A DNA stretch of 64,000 nucleotides from Cyanophora paradoxa CCMP329 (GCA_004431415.1 QPMI01000222.1:1-64000), one strand, 5' to 3'. Positions 35,783-49,106 are shown, counted from the first letter of the stretch. A program made the numbers and translations. The notes: a model not told the origin generated them from the sequence alone.

Positions 35783-36137
35783 ATGGATGAGGAGGTACCG
35801 GGCGTCGAGTCGGGCGAGGTCCCGATGTACGCCCCGCCGGCGCCAGCAGAGCGTCGCCCACGCTCGATCCGGCCGGACGTGCCGCTGCGGAGCGATCTGA
35901 ACATGAAGTGGTGCTCCACGCGTGGCGAATGGGTGCGCTCCGCCTTATGTGGCGACCGACCTTGCCGCCGCCCGCGCTCACCCACGCGGCCTCTCCGCCG
36001 CGCAGGTGTGGCTGGGGAAGTCGTTCCACGAGTGGAGCTCGCACGCGAGGCGCGATCCTTCCAGCTGGAGCGCCCGGGCGGCGTATGAGGCCTTCCAGAA
36101 GGCGAAGGCAGCCGGCTACGACATCCCCTACGTGTGA
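35783..36137 (+). CDS. Hypothetical ~93 aa Trp-rich protein
   Basis: MDEEVPGVESGEVPMY...KWCSTRGEW|VWLGKSFHEWSSH...GYDIPYV*. GT-AG intron 35932-36005; divergent from ISA (121 bp). Confidence 0.6.
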
Positions 36138-36564
36138 GGCTGCGGCTCCCTGCAGCTCGTCGACATCTCTAGCTCAGTGCTCAGCACATTCGAGCGAATC
36201 AAGCGCGCTTCGCGGCTCCCAGCTCTCGGCGAATTCGGCAGTCTAGATCAGTTCTTAGCGGGACAGCTTAAACAGCGTATCGTAGGCAGGCAGTTTGCAG
36301 GTACTCTTTAAGGCACGTAGAATTCCTGGTGGATCAGAGATGATCGTTTCCGCGGCCGTCGCCCGTCTTGGGAGCGCAGGGGCGCTCAGCGGCTGCTCGC
36401 GCTTCGCTTGAGGGTGACTTCTTGGGCGGGGAGCTGGGTGGCAGCGCATAGGACTTCAATATTACGTCGCATAGTCAAACAGGACAATGCGCATCGATAT
36501 CGGAGGAGGGACGTGGGGGCGGGGGACCGGGGGAGTTGCGGGTGAAGCAGGGGCAGCGCCGGGC

Positions 36565-37164
36565 TTAGGACTGCTGGAGGAGGGGCAGAAGGCGCACGAC
36601 GTGGTCGTACACGCCGATGGCGCCGATGACCTGCCGCCCCGCTTCGGCTCGGATCGCGGGCTGCGCAGTCGAGGGCCCTGCGCGTGGGCAGCGCACGCGT
36701 ACGCACCGCGACGACGCCTGCGGGGAACAAGCTCTTGGCCTTCGCGGCGCGGGCGCCCATGCCTCCGGCGAGCATGAGCGAGATGCCTGCGGGTGGCGCA
36801 TCGACGTCAGCGCGTGCGCTGTCGAACACACATTCGGCTCTGCCCCGCCACCCCAGCGCGCGCGTACCGGCGCCGAGCACATGCCCAGTACGCGCAAGCG
36901 GGGTCTCTGCGATGAGCCAGCCCGCGGCAAGCATGATGGAGCCAGTGCCGCTGCGTACGCGGTTGCCGGCGTTTGTGCAGGCCGCGCAGGGGACCGAACG
37001 CGGCGCGCCCACCCGCCGGCGATTAGCGACGCTTTCGAGCCCTTCCGCAAATATCCCACGAGCCCGCCTGCGAGTCGAGGTCGCGTCGGCCGAGCGAAGA
37101 CCGAAGGGAGCGCGTGCGGCGGACCGAGAATTGTGATGATTCCCCGAATGTACGCAGGCTCCAT
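36565..37164 (-). CDS. TMEM14/FAX family small membrane protein
   Basis: Spliced GIITILGGLVGYLRKGSKASLIAGG...GISLMLAGGMGARAAKAKSLFPAGVVA|VIGAIG matches the TMEM14 pattern GGxxGYxxKGSxxSLxAG and the xPAG motif. 5' end uncertain. Confidence 0.8.
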   Translation of the reverse strand: MEPAYIRGIITILGPPHALPSVFARPTRPRLAGGLVGYLRKGSKASLIAGGWARRVRSPARPAQTPATAYAAALAPSCLPRAGSSQRPRLRVLGMCSAPVRARWGGGAEPNVCSTAHALTSMRHPQASRSCSPEAWAPAPRRPRACSPQASSRCVRVRCPRAGPSTAQPAIRAEAGRQVIGAIGVYDHVVRLLPLLQQS

Positions 37165-37299
37165 CCCGAATGCTCAAACGTCGACAAGGCGAGGAATTGC
37201 AGGTTGCCGCTAGCGCTGAGGCCGCCGCTGAGGTCACTGGGTGGGTCGGGGTCAAGCTGTGCGGGATACCGCAAATTACACAAGCCTCCGTGGAAAGCG

Positions 37300-40200
37300 A
37301 TGAGCGGCGCGGGGCAAGGCCGCCGAGCGTCGCCGACGGAGCGCGGTGCGATGCCGCAGCGCCGCTCGCCCGCCGCGAGCGCGCCGACCGAGCGCGTTTC
37401 GCAGACCGTGGTCTTGCCGGCGATCGTCCCTTTCAAGAAGAGCCGCGGGGTGGCTACGGGTGCGAACGACGACTCCGCGCATGCCCGGTCCAAGCGCGCG
37501 CTGAGCGTTGGGCCGCAGACTGCTCGGCGACCCGGGCGCCCCGCCGCTTTACGACGCGCCGCCCTGGAGCCGGCCGCGCGACTACGAAGCAAGCGAAGCA
37601 TGGTATCAGCGCAGCGGCGGCCTCCCCAGCGCACCTGGCGGCCCGAATGACTGGTTCGATGATCGCGCCGGCGGCTGGCGCTCGGCGGATTGGCACGCGC
37701 GGCCACTCGGGCAGCCTGGATGGTCCGAACACGAGGAGGAGCTTTGGAATTTACGACCGGGCGGCGGGCTCTTGGGCGACCCGCCCGAGCACTTCGCGCT
37801 GCCGGCCCAGCCGCCGCCCGGCCCCGAGCCGCCGCCGCCGCCGCAGTCGCAGCCGGCGCCGCAGCTGTCTCCGCAGTCGTCGGCGGAGAGCCGAGCGCAG
37901 GAGCTGAAGCGTAGCATGCTGGAGAACATGCGGCGCCGCAAGCTCGGCAAGGAGGCCTCGCGCAGCTCGCCCCCCTCGGTGGGCCCCGGTCCGCGCTCGC
38001 CCCCCCTCCTCGCCCGATCCCCCGCCGAGCCCTCGACCGTCCGGTCCCCTCCCACACCCGTACCCGGCTCCGGGGTTCCCCCCCGCTCGCCCCGGCTCCG
38101 CCCAGAGGCTGCCCGCTGCCCCCCGCCGGCCGTCGGGCCCCGCCCGTCCTCCCCGCTCCGCGCGGTGAGTTCCTCTCATGTCCGAGCCGCGCCGACGGCT
38201 CACAGGCGTACCCCCGCAGGCGCCGGACGAGGGCGGCGGGCCGTCCCCGGTACCCGGGGGGATCCCGGAGGAGCAACGCAGGCCCGGATCTTCGGCCTCT
38301 ACCCCCCCAAAGCGCGCCTCGTCCTCTCCCCGGCCCCCAGAAGACGCTGGGAAGGGAGAGGCGAAGTCCGGTCGAGGGGGAGGCCGGCCGTCGCCGCAGC
38401 CGTCGCCGCCGCCGCAGCCGCCGCCTCAGCCGCCGCCTGTCGTGCCGCAGCCGCCGCCCCCCGAGCCGCAGCCGGTGCGCTTTCCCCCCTCTTTCTTCTG
38501 CTCGCACCGCGCGCCGACGAGGGCGCTCGGATTCAGATTCAGGCGCGTTCGCCTCAGACTTCGTCCGTGGGCGCTCAGATTCAGATTCAGATTCAGGCGC
38601 GGCCGCCCTCGGACGACGAGGCCGAGGGCGGGGGCGGGAGTGCCGCCCTTCGCTCGGCTCCGAGGCGGACGGGATCGCCCAAATCGTCCTCAATGGCCCG
38701 GGTAGACGAGAGCGAGGGGTACGCTTCTTTCCAGGCCGAACCCGCCCCGCCCCGCCCCGCCCCGCCCCGCCCCGCGCGGGCCGACCGACTGGCCTCGCTG
38801 TCTCCCGCGCAGGCTAGAGCCTGGGGAAATCTCGCCGGAGGATAGCTTTCCCGGGGTCGCCGGCGCCGGCAGCGGGTGCGCGCGCCTCCGTGTACCCCCC
38901 TGGGCCCTCCCCTACCCGGCGCGCTCACTCAGCGAACCCAGGGGCGAGGACGGGGGCCGCTCGCGGGAGGTCCGGGGTACAGCCGCGGGTCGGCACAGCG
39001 ACCTGGTGCGGTTCCTGTACCCCCTCCTCACTTTCTCCCCTCCCTTTCCGCCCTCCGACGCCCTTCGCAGTACTCCCCCGAGAGGGATACCGCTCCGCCC
39101 GGTCCGGCCGGGGGAAACGCCCTCCAGCCGCTACCCCCCGCGCCTGCGCCCCTTCCCCAAGCTGGGGACGGGTCGCGCGGGCCGGGGCCGGGCCCGGCGG
39201 TCTCGGCGGACGGAGACAAGGCCCTGTCCGCCTCGGCCTCCCCCCCGGCACCCGAAGCCGTACCCCCCGGGGGCCCGCCCCGGGCCTCCGGGCAGCCGCC
39301 GTGGGCCCGCAAGGGGCCGGCGTGGGTACCCCCCTTCCTCGCCCGGCGGGGCCCTCTGATTCCGACCCGCCCCGGCCCCCCGCTGGACATTTTCGAGACT
39401 TCCCCGCCGCGGGCCGAGCCGGTACCCCCGGCCGCCCCGTCCGCACCAGAGCCCCCTGTACCCCGGCCCGCCGCCCCTTCGCTCGCCGCTCGCGAGGAGC
39501 CCCCGCCCCGGGACCGGACTCCATCTTCCCCTCTCCCGAGGCCGGCTTCTCGGGAGCAAACGCCGTCCCCCCCTCTGGGGGGGTACCCAACACCGGCCCC
39601 GCACACGCCTTCGCCGCCCCTCAGGCCCTCGGAGGGGGGGTACCCGGCCATCGCGCCCCACACGCCCTCCCCCCCCAAGAGCTCGGAGAAGCGGACCCCC
39701 GCTTCTCCTCCGGATCCTCCCCCTCTGGAGAAGCCGGCGGCCGCCGCTGCGCCTTCGGTGACCGCTCCCCTCTCTGCGGCGTCTGAGCCGTCTGAGCCGT
39801 CTGAGCCGGAGCAGCCGGTGGAGAAGCAGGCGGCGGGGGCTTCCGCACCGTCGTCGACGCCCGCCGCTGCGCCTTCCGCGAGTGTTCCGCCTGCGGCCCC
39901 GGCGGCGGCTCCCCTCGCCCCCGCCTCCGTGGCGGTTTCTGAGCCGTCTAAGCCGCCGTCTGAGCCCTCTCGCCCCTCCCCGACGCCGCCCGCCGCTGCG
40001 CCGCCCTCGCGGGCCCCCACTGCGGCCCCGGCGGCGGCCGCGCCAGCCCCCGCGGCGTCTGAGCCGTCTGAGCCGTCTGAGCCCTCTCGCCCCTCCCCGC
40101 GGGGCCTCATCCCCCTGGGGGAGCTCAAGCGCGTCTTCCCCCCTCCCGAGCCGAGGGCCCCGGGGCGCGCCTCTCCGCCCCCCGCGGCCCCGGCGGCCCC

Positions 40201-43200
40201 GGCGGCCGCGGCTTTGGATACGGCTGCTTCCGCCTCCCACTCGGCGGCGACGGCGGCGCCGGCAACGACGCCCAAGGCTGCGGCCCCGGCGGCCCCGGCG
40301 GCCGTGGATGAGGCTGCGGATGCTTCTGCTTCTTCTTCTCTCTCGGCGGCGACGGCGGCGCCCACGGCCCCGGCAGCCGCGGTCGCACAGACGGCGGCGG
40401 CGACGGCGGCGACGGCGGCGACGGTGGCGGCTCCGGGGCAGACCCCGGCGGCCACTGCGGAAGCCGAGAAGCAAAGACGAGCGGCGGCCGGGCCTACGGC
40501 GGAGGCGGCGGCGGCTGCGGCTGCGGCCGCTCCGAAGACCGCCCCGGCGACCGCTGCGGAGACCGAGAAGAGGACACACGCAGCGCCGGGGCCTGCGGGG
40601 CCTGCGGGTTCTGCTGGGCGGCCGGCTGGCGCCCCGGCCCCCGCCCCTGCGGCGTCGGCGGCACCGGCGGCGTCGTCGGCGGCGATAGTGGCGGCGATCC
40701 ACACGGCGGCGGCTCGGACACCTAAGACCACCGCGGAAATCGAGGAGGGACACCAGATGGCGGCGGCGGGAGGACCTGCGGGGCGGGCGGGGCCCGCATC
40801 TGCTCCCCCGGCCCTGGCACCGGCGCCGCCGGCACCGGCTCTCGCAGCGGACACAGGGACGGCTCGGCAGCTTTCGCAGTCGGGTGCCGATGCGGCGCCG
40901 GCGCCGGCGCCGGCACCGGTTCCCGCAGCGGACACAGCGACGGTTCGGCAGTCTCCGCCGTCGGGGGCCGATGCTGGCCCGAAGGCGGCGGCAAAGGACG
41001 CTTCACCTGCCCCCGGACCTTCCCTCGTGCAGCCTTCGCAGTCGGGGGCCGACGCCGGCTCCAAGGCGGGTTCACCCGCGTCGGCGCCGGCGCCGGTCCC
41101 AGCCCCGGCCCCGGCCCCCGCCCCGCCGGCTCCGGCCCCCGCCCTGTCCCCGCCGACAGGCCCAGCGCCCGCCCGCAGCGCCGCCGACTTCAGCTCCGGC
41201 CCAAGCGCCGCCGGCCGCCGCTCCGGCCGCCCAGTCTCGTCCTCGACGCGCTCGCCGCCCCAGCGGCGCCGCCTGAGGCGGGGGCGTCCCCTGCCGCGTC
41301 GGCCGTCCCGTCGGCGCCACCAGTGCCGGCTCCGACCCCGGCGCCCGCGCCGCCATCAGCCGCGCCGTCCGCCCCGCTGCAGCCTTCGATACCGGCCCGG
41401 CGGTGCCCGCGCCCCCTTCCGCGCCCCCTGTTCCGCGTGCTCTTGCGGAGCCCGGGACGGCTCCGGCCTCTGTGGCGGCGGAAGCCTCTCGGGCCTCGGC
41501 ACCACCAGCGGGCGCGGCCTCCCGCCCGCCGCCGCCCCGCCGCCCCTGCCGAGCTGGCCCGGCCCGCGGCGGCCCTCCCGCCCGTCTCGGCGCCTTCGAG
41601 AGGGCGCCCCGCGTCCCCTGCTCCGAAAGCCGCGGCCTCTATCCCGCCCGCCACGTCTGCCCCGCCGGCGCCAGCGCCGTCGTCTGCCCCACCCGAAGCA
41701 GCAGCAGCAGAAGCAGCAGCGACCGCCGCCTCTTCCTCCGCCGCGCCCTCTCTTCCATCCGCCGCGCCCGAAGCAGCAGCAGGAGCAGAAGCAGCGGCGA
41801 CCGCCGCCACCCCTTCCGCCGCTACTCCGGCCCCCGAAGCAGGGACGGCGACGACGGCAGGAAAGGCGGCGGCAGCGCCGGCGGCTGTGGCAGCGGCGCC
41901 GGCGGCTGTGGCAGCGGCGGCTGTGGCAGCGGCGTCGGCTGCTGTGGCAGCGGCGCCGGCTGCTGTGGCAGCGGCGCCGGCTGCTGTGGCAGCGACGCCG
42001 GCTGCTGTGGCAGCGGCGCCGGCGGCTGTGGCAGCGGCGCCGCGGCTGCGGCAGCGGCGCCGGCTGTGCAGCGGCGCGGCTGTGGCAGCGGCGCCGGCGG
42101 CTGTGGCAGCGGCGCCGGCGGCTGTGGCAGCGGCGCCGGCTGTGGCAGCGGCGCCGGCGGCTGTGGAGCGGCGCCGGCGGCTGTGGCAGCGGCGCCGGCG
42201 GCTGTGGCAGCGGCGCCGGATGCTGTGGCAGCGGCGCCGGCGGCTGTGGCAGCGGCGCCGGCGGCTGCGGCAGCGCGGCTGGCGCGCGCGGCTGTGGCAG
42301 CGGCGCCGGCGGCTGTGGCAGCGGCGCCGGCGGCTGTGGCAGCGGCGCCGGATGCTGTGGCAGCGGCGCCGGCGGCTGTGGCAGCGGCGCCGGCGGCTGT
42401 GGCAGCGGCGCCGGCGGCTGTGGCAGCGGCGCCGGCGGCTGTGGCAGCGGCGCCGGCAGAGCCAAAGCCGACCGAGGCAAAGCCGGCAGAGCCCGCCCAA
42501 GCCGGCCCCGAGCCGCTGGCGCCCGCCGCGGCGGCACTGGCCACCGTCGCCGCCGCACCGGTAGAGCCGGCGGCAGCCCAGTCCGCGGCTTCCGCCGCCG
42601 CCGCCGCCCCGTCAAGGCTTCCCCCGCGGCGGCCCAGTCCGAATCAGCTGCCCCGGCTCAGGCGCCCGCACCCTCCTCCGGGCCGAGGCGCAACCCCTCC
42701 CACCCGTCCCGCCCGCCTCCGACGCGGCCCCTGCCGCCTCCCCTCGCCCCTACCCTACCCCTACCCCTACCCTTACCCCTACCCCTACCCCTACCCCTAC
42801 CCGTACCCCGCCGACGGCGCCGCCGACGCTGCCTCCTACGTGACGTCGTACCCCCCCTACTACGCCTACGCCGTCGCCGTTGCCACCACAGCCGCCGGCG
42901 CCGCCACCACAGCCGCCGGCGACGCGGAGTACTACCACGCGCCGCTACCCCCCGGCTCCAGGACCCCCCCTTGGATCCGGGACATGCAGGGGGGTACGCC
43001 GGCTGGGGCGGCGGGTGCGGAGCGGGCCGCGGCGCCGGCGTCGGTCGCGGCGCCGGCTGTCTCTGTGGCGCCGCCCGCGGAGGCTACCAGGGCCGGGAAG
43101 CCGACCCCGGCCCCGGCCCCGGCCCCGACCCCGGCCGCGGCTCCGCCCGTGCGGCGGACCCCGGCCCGGCTCCGCCCCGCGCGCCTACGGCATCGACGCC

Positions 43201-46200
43201 GGAGCGCGCCGGCCGCGAGCGGCGCTGGGACCGCGACGAATGGGGCCGCCCCCGCCGCCCTCCCCTCCCGTCCCAACGCACCCGCCCCGGCCCCTCCGCC
43301 CCCTCCTCGTCCTTCTCCTCTGCCCCCGCCGCCTCCTCCTCCTCCAGAACCGGCCTCGTACCCCTGGACCGCCTGAAGTCCCTCTTCCAGGCGTGGACGC
43401 CACCCCCGGACCGCGCACCCGGGCCCGCCCCCGGGCCCGGACCAGAGGCCGGGCCCGCCCGGGGCGCCTCTTCGGAGAGGGGGAAGGAGAGCCGGGAGGC
43501 GGCGCCGGCCCGAGCCCCTCCCTCCTCCTCCTCCCCCCCCTCCTCCTCCTCGACGCCACCGGAGGCCGCCGCGGAGAAGGGGGGTACAGGGGCGGCGGCC
43601 CGGGAGGAGCCCCCGCCGTCCCGGGCGCCTTCCTCCAAGGCGGCCGAGGCCGCCGCCGCCTCAGCCAAGGCGCCCGACGGCGCCTCCGCCGCCGCCGTCG
43701 CCGCCGCCGCCGGCCCTCCTCTCGCTCGCCCGGCGCGCCGCCCCGGCGTCGTCCTTCCCCCCTCGGAGAAGGTGCAAGCGCCGACCGCTGCGGCGAAATC
43801 GGCCGCCAAGCCGCCGCCGGCGGAGCCGCCGGCGCCCGCCCCCAAGCCGGCGGGGGCGTCGGCGGCGGCCCCGTCCTCAAAGGCGGGGGGTACGTCCGCC
43901 GAGGAGCCGGCCATCAAGCCATTGGCGGCTTTAAGCCGTCAAGCCGGAGCGGCCACAAAGCCGCCTACGACGACGTCGTCGGCGGCGGCGGAGAGGCCGG
44001 CGGCAGCACCGGCCGAGAAACCGGCGGCAGCGCCTCCAGGGGCAAAGGCGCCAGCGGCTGCGGCGGCCGGCGCTCCCGGCGCGCCGAAGGATACCGCGTA
44101 CCCCGGCCTGATCCCCCTCGAGGTCCCCCTCCCCCCCGCTTTTGTCTCGTACCCGCGTACCCCCCTGATGCCCTGTCGCAGGACATGAAGCGCTGCTTCC
44201 GAGCGCTGGGCCCGGCACGGCGCGCCCCGCCGGCCGCCGCGCCCGCCGCGTCCGCCCCGGCCGCCCCTCGGCCGGCGCCTACGCCGAGGCCTCTCCGAGT
44301 TCGTCCAAAGCGCTAGCGCCCCAGAAGGAGCCCGCCCGCCCTCCCGCCAAAGCCGCGGCGGCCGTGGCCGCTCCCGCGCGCCCCGCCCCCGCCGAGCCCT
44401 CCTCCCGCGGCCCCGCGGCGCCAGCCAAGAAGCCGCCGCCCGCCCCGATCGTCGTACCCGTCCTCCCGCCCGAGCCCGTCGAGCCGTGGCTTGAGCACCT
44501 ACCCCCCCACGCGCCCCCCCTGAAGCCATCGAGCCCGCCCCCCCTCCCTCGTCGGCCCCCTCCAGTTCCAGGGTACGCTTTTCGTTTCTGTTTCGAGTGG
44601 TTGCCCGCCGCCGATCTCACGTAACCCCCTCCCTTTTTCCCGCAGCCCGGCGGCTGGACGGGCTGGCTCGAGATCGATCCGAACTCGATGGACGGCGATC
44701 TCATACCCCCCACGGCGAGCTTTCTTTATCTATTACCCGCCCGGGCGAGCTGTCTTTGGCTGACGCGGCCCCGCAGGAGGCTGCCGAACCTGCCGCAGCC
44801 GCGCCGCCTCCGCCCGCGGCGGCAGCACCCTCAGCGAAGCCCGCCGCGCCGCCGCCCGCACCTGCGGCGCCTCAGAAGCCGGTGGCGCCGGCGTCGGTAG
44901 CCGCAGCGGCGCCGAAACCGGCACCCGCACCAGCGCAGGCGTCGGCGGCCGCAGCCGCGGCGAAAACAGCACCTGCACCAGTGGCCGCGCCGGCGGCCGC
45001 AGTTGCGGCGAAACCGGCCGCAGCGAAACCGGCGGCCGCACCAGCGCAGGCGCCGGCGGCCGCAGCGGCGCCGAAACCGGCGGCCGCACCAGTGCAGGCG
45101 CCGGCGGCTGCAGCGGCGCAAAAGATGGCTTCGGCAGCTGCGCCGAAGCCGGCAACCGCAGCGACGCAAAAGACGGCTTCGGCAGCTGCGCCGAAGCCTG
45201 CGGCTGCTGCAGTGCAGGCTCGAGCCGCTGCAGCGGCGAAGACGTCGGACTCCTCCGCAGAAAACGCGGCGCTGGCGGCGGCGGCGGCGGCGAGGCTTCT
45301 CGAGTCGATCGCGCTGCAGGTGCCGGCAGCCGCAGCGGCGAAGGCGCCGGAACCCGCCACGGCAGTGGGAGAGGCGGCTTTGGCCGCGGTGGCGCCGGTG
45401 TCGGCCGCGAAGGCAACGCCAGCGCCGGCCGCTGCCGCTGCGGCGGGCAAGGCGGCGGGGGCGGCGGCGGCGATCCAACCGACCTCTACCCAGCCCCCTC
45501 GCCGGCGGGCGCCAAGGCCGGGCCGGCAGCCGCCTCCGCAAAGGCGTCTGCCGCCAGCCCCGCGGCTTCGAAGGAGGCGAGAAGGGGATGGGTCCCCGGC
45601 GGCCGCGCGGACAGGGCGGCGGCCACCGCCCGGGCCCCCGCCTCGGGGCCGGGCCCGGGCCCGCCCGCGCGCGCGAGCGCTCGCCGGCCCCGCGGGGGCG
45701 CGCCGGCAGCCCCCCGGGACGCTCCAAGGGTCTGCCGAGGAGCCGGAGCCGGAGCCGTAGCCGCCGCCGGAGCCGTAGCCCTAGCCGTAGCCGGCGGCGG
45801 AGCCGTAGCTTGAGCCGGAGCCGAGGCCGGGGCCGGCGGAGCCGGAGCCCGAGCAGGAGCCGGAGGCGCCTCAGCAGGTCCGCCCCCCCTTCTTTTTCTT
45901 TCTTAATTCTTTTTCCTTCTTTCGTTCCTCTTCTTTCCTCTTCTGCGTTCCCCTGTCCTGACCCGACCCGACCCGGCCTTGGCTCCCGCAGCCGCAGCCG
46001 CAGCCGGAGCCCGAGCCGGGGCCGGGGCCGGGCGTCCGGCGTTCGCTACGGGCGGCGAGACCGCAGCTCCCCGCGCTCCGCGGTACCCCGCCGGCGAACG
46101 CCCTCCCGGTGCCCTCTCCCTCCTCCCCCCCCCCTCCGTCCCTCGACGCTCACGCGTACCCCCCTTCTGTCCACTCAGGCGATCGCGCTCCCCTTCCCCC

Positions 46201-47156
46201 ACCCCGAAGCGGTGCGTGCCCCCCCTTCCCTGTGCAGGGGTACTGGGCGCCGCGTGATTCGATCTGTTTCGACGCCCGCAGCCGCCGGCGCTCGCCTACC
46301 CCTCCCTCCCGCCGCCCCTCCTCCTCCTCCTCCTCTTCGTACCGTTCCAAGAGTTCCTCCCCCCCACCCGCGGCCGCCGCCACCGCCCTCTCCGTCGTAC
46401 CCCCACCCCAACAGCGCGGGGCGGTGTCCGAACCCCCCACGCCCGTTGCCGCCGCCTCGCAGACCTCTTCCCTCGCCCTCCCCGCGCCCGAGTGGGCGGC
46501 GGGGTCCGCCGTACCCGTCGCGGTGGCCGTGCACGTACCCCAGCGGAGCGACGCCTGCATCCAGACAGACCCGGTCGACCTCGTACCCCTCCTCCCCTCC
46601 AGGGCAACGTGCGCGCTCCAGCCCGCATCGCGTCGGCTGTACCCCCCGCCAACAGCCGTACCCCCAGGGCGGACGCGTGCGTGGGGCCGGGGGGCCCCGG
46701 GGAGATCCGGAGGGATACCCTTGTGGCCCGGGCCCAGCGGTGCCTCGCCCTCCTGGACGACCGCATCCGGGTACCCCCCCGTTTGCCCCCCCCCCCTTTT
46801 GTCTTCGTTCGCTGACTCGAGGAATCGCTCAGCACCCGAGCACCGCGCCCCTCCTGCGGGCCGGGCCGCCCCGACCCCCGCGCTACGTCCCGCCGCCCCG
46901 GCCGCCCGCGCCCCGGCCCGCCCCGCCCGCAGCCCGCATCCAGCTCCCATCGGGGCCCCTTCTCGACCTGTGCGCACGCATGCGGCCCCCTACCCGCCCG
47001 CCACCATGGCGTCTCTTTGCTCTCTCTGACCGAGCCCGCTGTGGCCGGCGCCGCATGCGCAGGAGCCGGGGCGTGCCGGCGCCGCTGCCCTTCCAGGACT
47101 TTCTTTCCGAGATGCTCTCCAGGCAGCTCGGCGGCGGCGGCCCGACGCCCGCCTAG
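37300..47156 (+). CDS. Giant Ala/Pro-rich intrinsically disordered protein (frameshifts in repeats are probably assembly errors)
   Basis: MSGAGQGRRASPTER|DRG...GGYG|LLGDPG spliced start. Consistent Ala/Pro-coding frames across 38.9-45.6 kb, repeated GL(I/V)PLxx(L/M)KxxF motif, last exon FQDFLSEMLSRQL...*. Could be two genes. Confidence 0.55.
41870..42455 (+). repeat. 21-bp coding minisatellite GCGGCGCCGGCGGCTGTGGCA (AAPAAVA)n
   Basis: Directly visible tandem array of ~28 units with occasional indels. Confidence 0.95.
42751..42808 (+). repeat. (TACCCC)n hexamer repeat, likely encoding (YP)n
   Basis: TACCCCTACCCC... about 9 units. Confidence 0.85.
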
Positions 47157-48033
47157 ATGTCGATCTAGCTTTAGCTGCAGGGCGCGGCGCCTGCGCCTGC
47201 CACTCTGATCATGGGCTCGAGAGCCGTCTTTTGCAATTGGCTGGGCTTGAGCTCGACGCACATCTGGAGCCTCGGAAAGGCGTACCTGTCGCGGTACCCG
47301 TACCCTAGCAGCGGGATGAATTGTGGGGTACAGGCCTAGGGGGAGCATTGCCGGGCATGCGAACCGTTCAGTTTGCAGAGGAGATTAATATTGTGAGCTT
47401 GAGCTTGAGGTTGCCCCGTGCGTTCATGCGGCCTGCTGCAGCCTGCAGCCTGATCATGCAGCCTGCTGCGCCGCCGGTGCGTCCATGATCATGCAGCCTG
47501 CTGGCCCGATCGATGCAGGGGCACGAGCGCTGCAAGCCCGGGCTACTAGGCTAGACTAGCGGAATTCGAAGGCAGCAGCGCCGGCAGCACTCTCGTTCGA
47601 ACGCGGCTCGCCGACACTCTCTCTGCAGGGGTACTGGGCGCCTCGTGATTCGATTTGTTTTGACGTCGACGCCCGCAGCCGCCGGCCCGGCGCTCGCCTA
47701 CCCCATACCGTCCTCACCGTCGAACCCACCTTCTAAGAATCCCATCCATCTTCGCGAGTGCTCTGTACATGTGGAGTCCCGTGCGTGCCCTCCCCCCCCC
47801 TCCTCCCTTGTACTGCATCGCGGAGTACAGGCCACATGTACTGCATCGGCCTGTACTCCGAGGCCTCCCCCCCCCCTCCCCTCTTGTACCCCCATGCTTG
47901 GCCTCGCATCGCGCTACGCGCTTGCCCTAACACAGCGACCACTAGTACTATATATGGGCGACTACGCAGCGGCCGGTCCCGTTTTCCTATACTGCAGCGC
48001 CGGCTCCAGCGGGCCCAGTGCTGTTTTGATTTT

Positions 48034-49106
48034 TTAAATTTCGGGAGCGGGCGCCGCTGCGGGTGGGTTCAGAGGGGCGCGGGGGCTTTCCAGGCTCCCG
48101 CGGGCGGCCGAGCTCGAGGCCCCGGGCCCCGGGGCGGTCCCCTGCCCGCCGGCGCCGGCCTGCGCGCTGGGCGGCGCCTTCGCGCCGCGCCCGGGGCCCG
48201 GGGTCGGGAGGTCCGCCCCGTTCGTCTGCCCGTTCGTCTTAGAGAGGACGAGACTCGAGAGCCGTGGGGGTACGTATACGGCGCACGTGGGCCATGAACT
48301 GCATGAACGCCGAATCGAGGCGCCGGTCGCTCTCCAGGGACAGGGCGGGGTACTGCGTGCTCGGGATCTGGATCTCGAGGCGGCTGGATCGCCTTGCATG
48401 AAAGAGTCAGCTCTAGGGGGGCCGGGGCGCCGAAGCCGGGCACGCGCGCGGACCAGCTGGGGATCAGATCGAAGAAAATCTTCATGACGAACAGGGAGAT
48501 GGCGAGGGTCATCTCGATGCAGATCGGAATCATGATAGGCCTGCGGTCGGGCGCGCTTCAGCGGCGACGGGAAGCGGCGGGATTGGAGCTCCGGGCGCAC
48601 AGCGCGCGGATCCCGATGCTGTATGTGAGGAGCAGGATGAGCCTGATATGCAGCGCGCAGTCAAGAGCGGGATCAGCAAGCGGGGCCCCGTGAGAGGGAG
48701 CACACCCGCTGATATACACGCACAGCCACCAGAAGCTCATGTCCTGCGACGGAGGCGCTCGTAATCAGGCGCAATACAGCTGCAGGACTCGGGGCGGCTG
48801 TTCGGCGCGCGCAAGGCGCACGGAACAACTTCGCGTTGTTGCCGTCTTGTACACCTTCGAATTCGATCGAGTACACACGCATTTGTACACAGTGATCGAG
48901 GAGAACAGAACAGGGCATACCTGTGGCAGCAGCGCTGAGGCCAGGACCTGCGGGCGGAGCACGCGCCCCGCGGCCGATCACTCGGACGATGGCCCCGCGC
49001 GCGAGCCGCCGAGGGGGTGGCGAGAAAGGAAAGCGCTAGCGCGCACCGCGCCACCGACATAGCCAATCGTATCGTACGTCGGATTCGCACAGGCGGACTG
49101 CGTCAT
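48034..49106 (-). CDS. Hypothetical membrane protein
   Basis: Spliceable exons with hydrophobic stretches (SFWWLCVYISG, LILLLTYSIGI, IMIPICIEMTLAISLFVMKIFF) and a low-complexity tail ending PAPEI*. Confidence 0.55.

Noticed and set aside
41150-45800. Frame switches in the giant protein (also kinesin tail ~12800 and coiled-coil gene ~62400, ~63600) as programmed frameshifts or pseudogenisation
   Set aside because: They fall in GC homopolymers and minisatellites where long-read consensus indels are common. No slippery-site or pseudoknot pattern seen.
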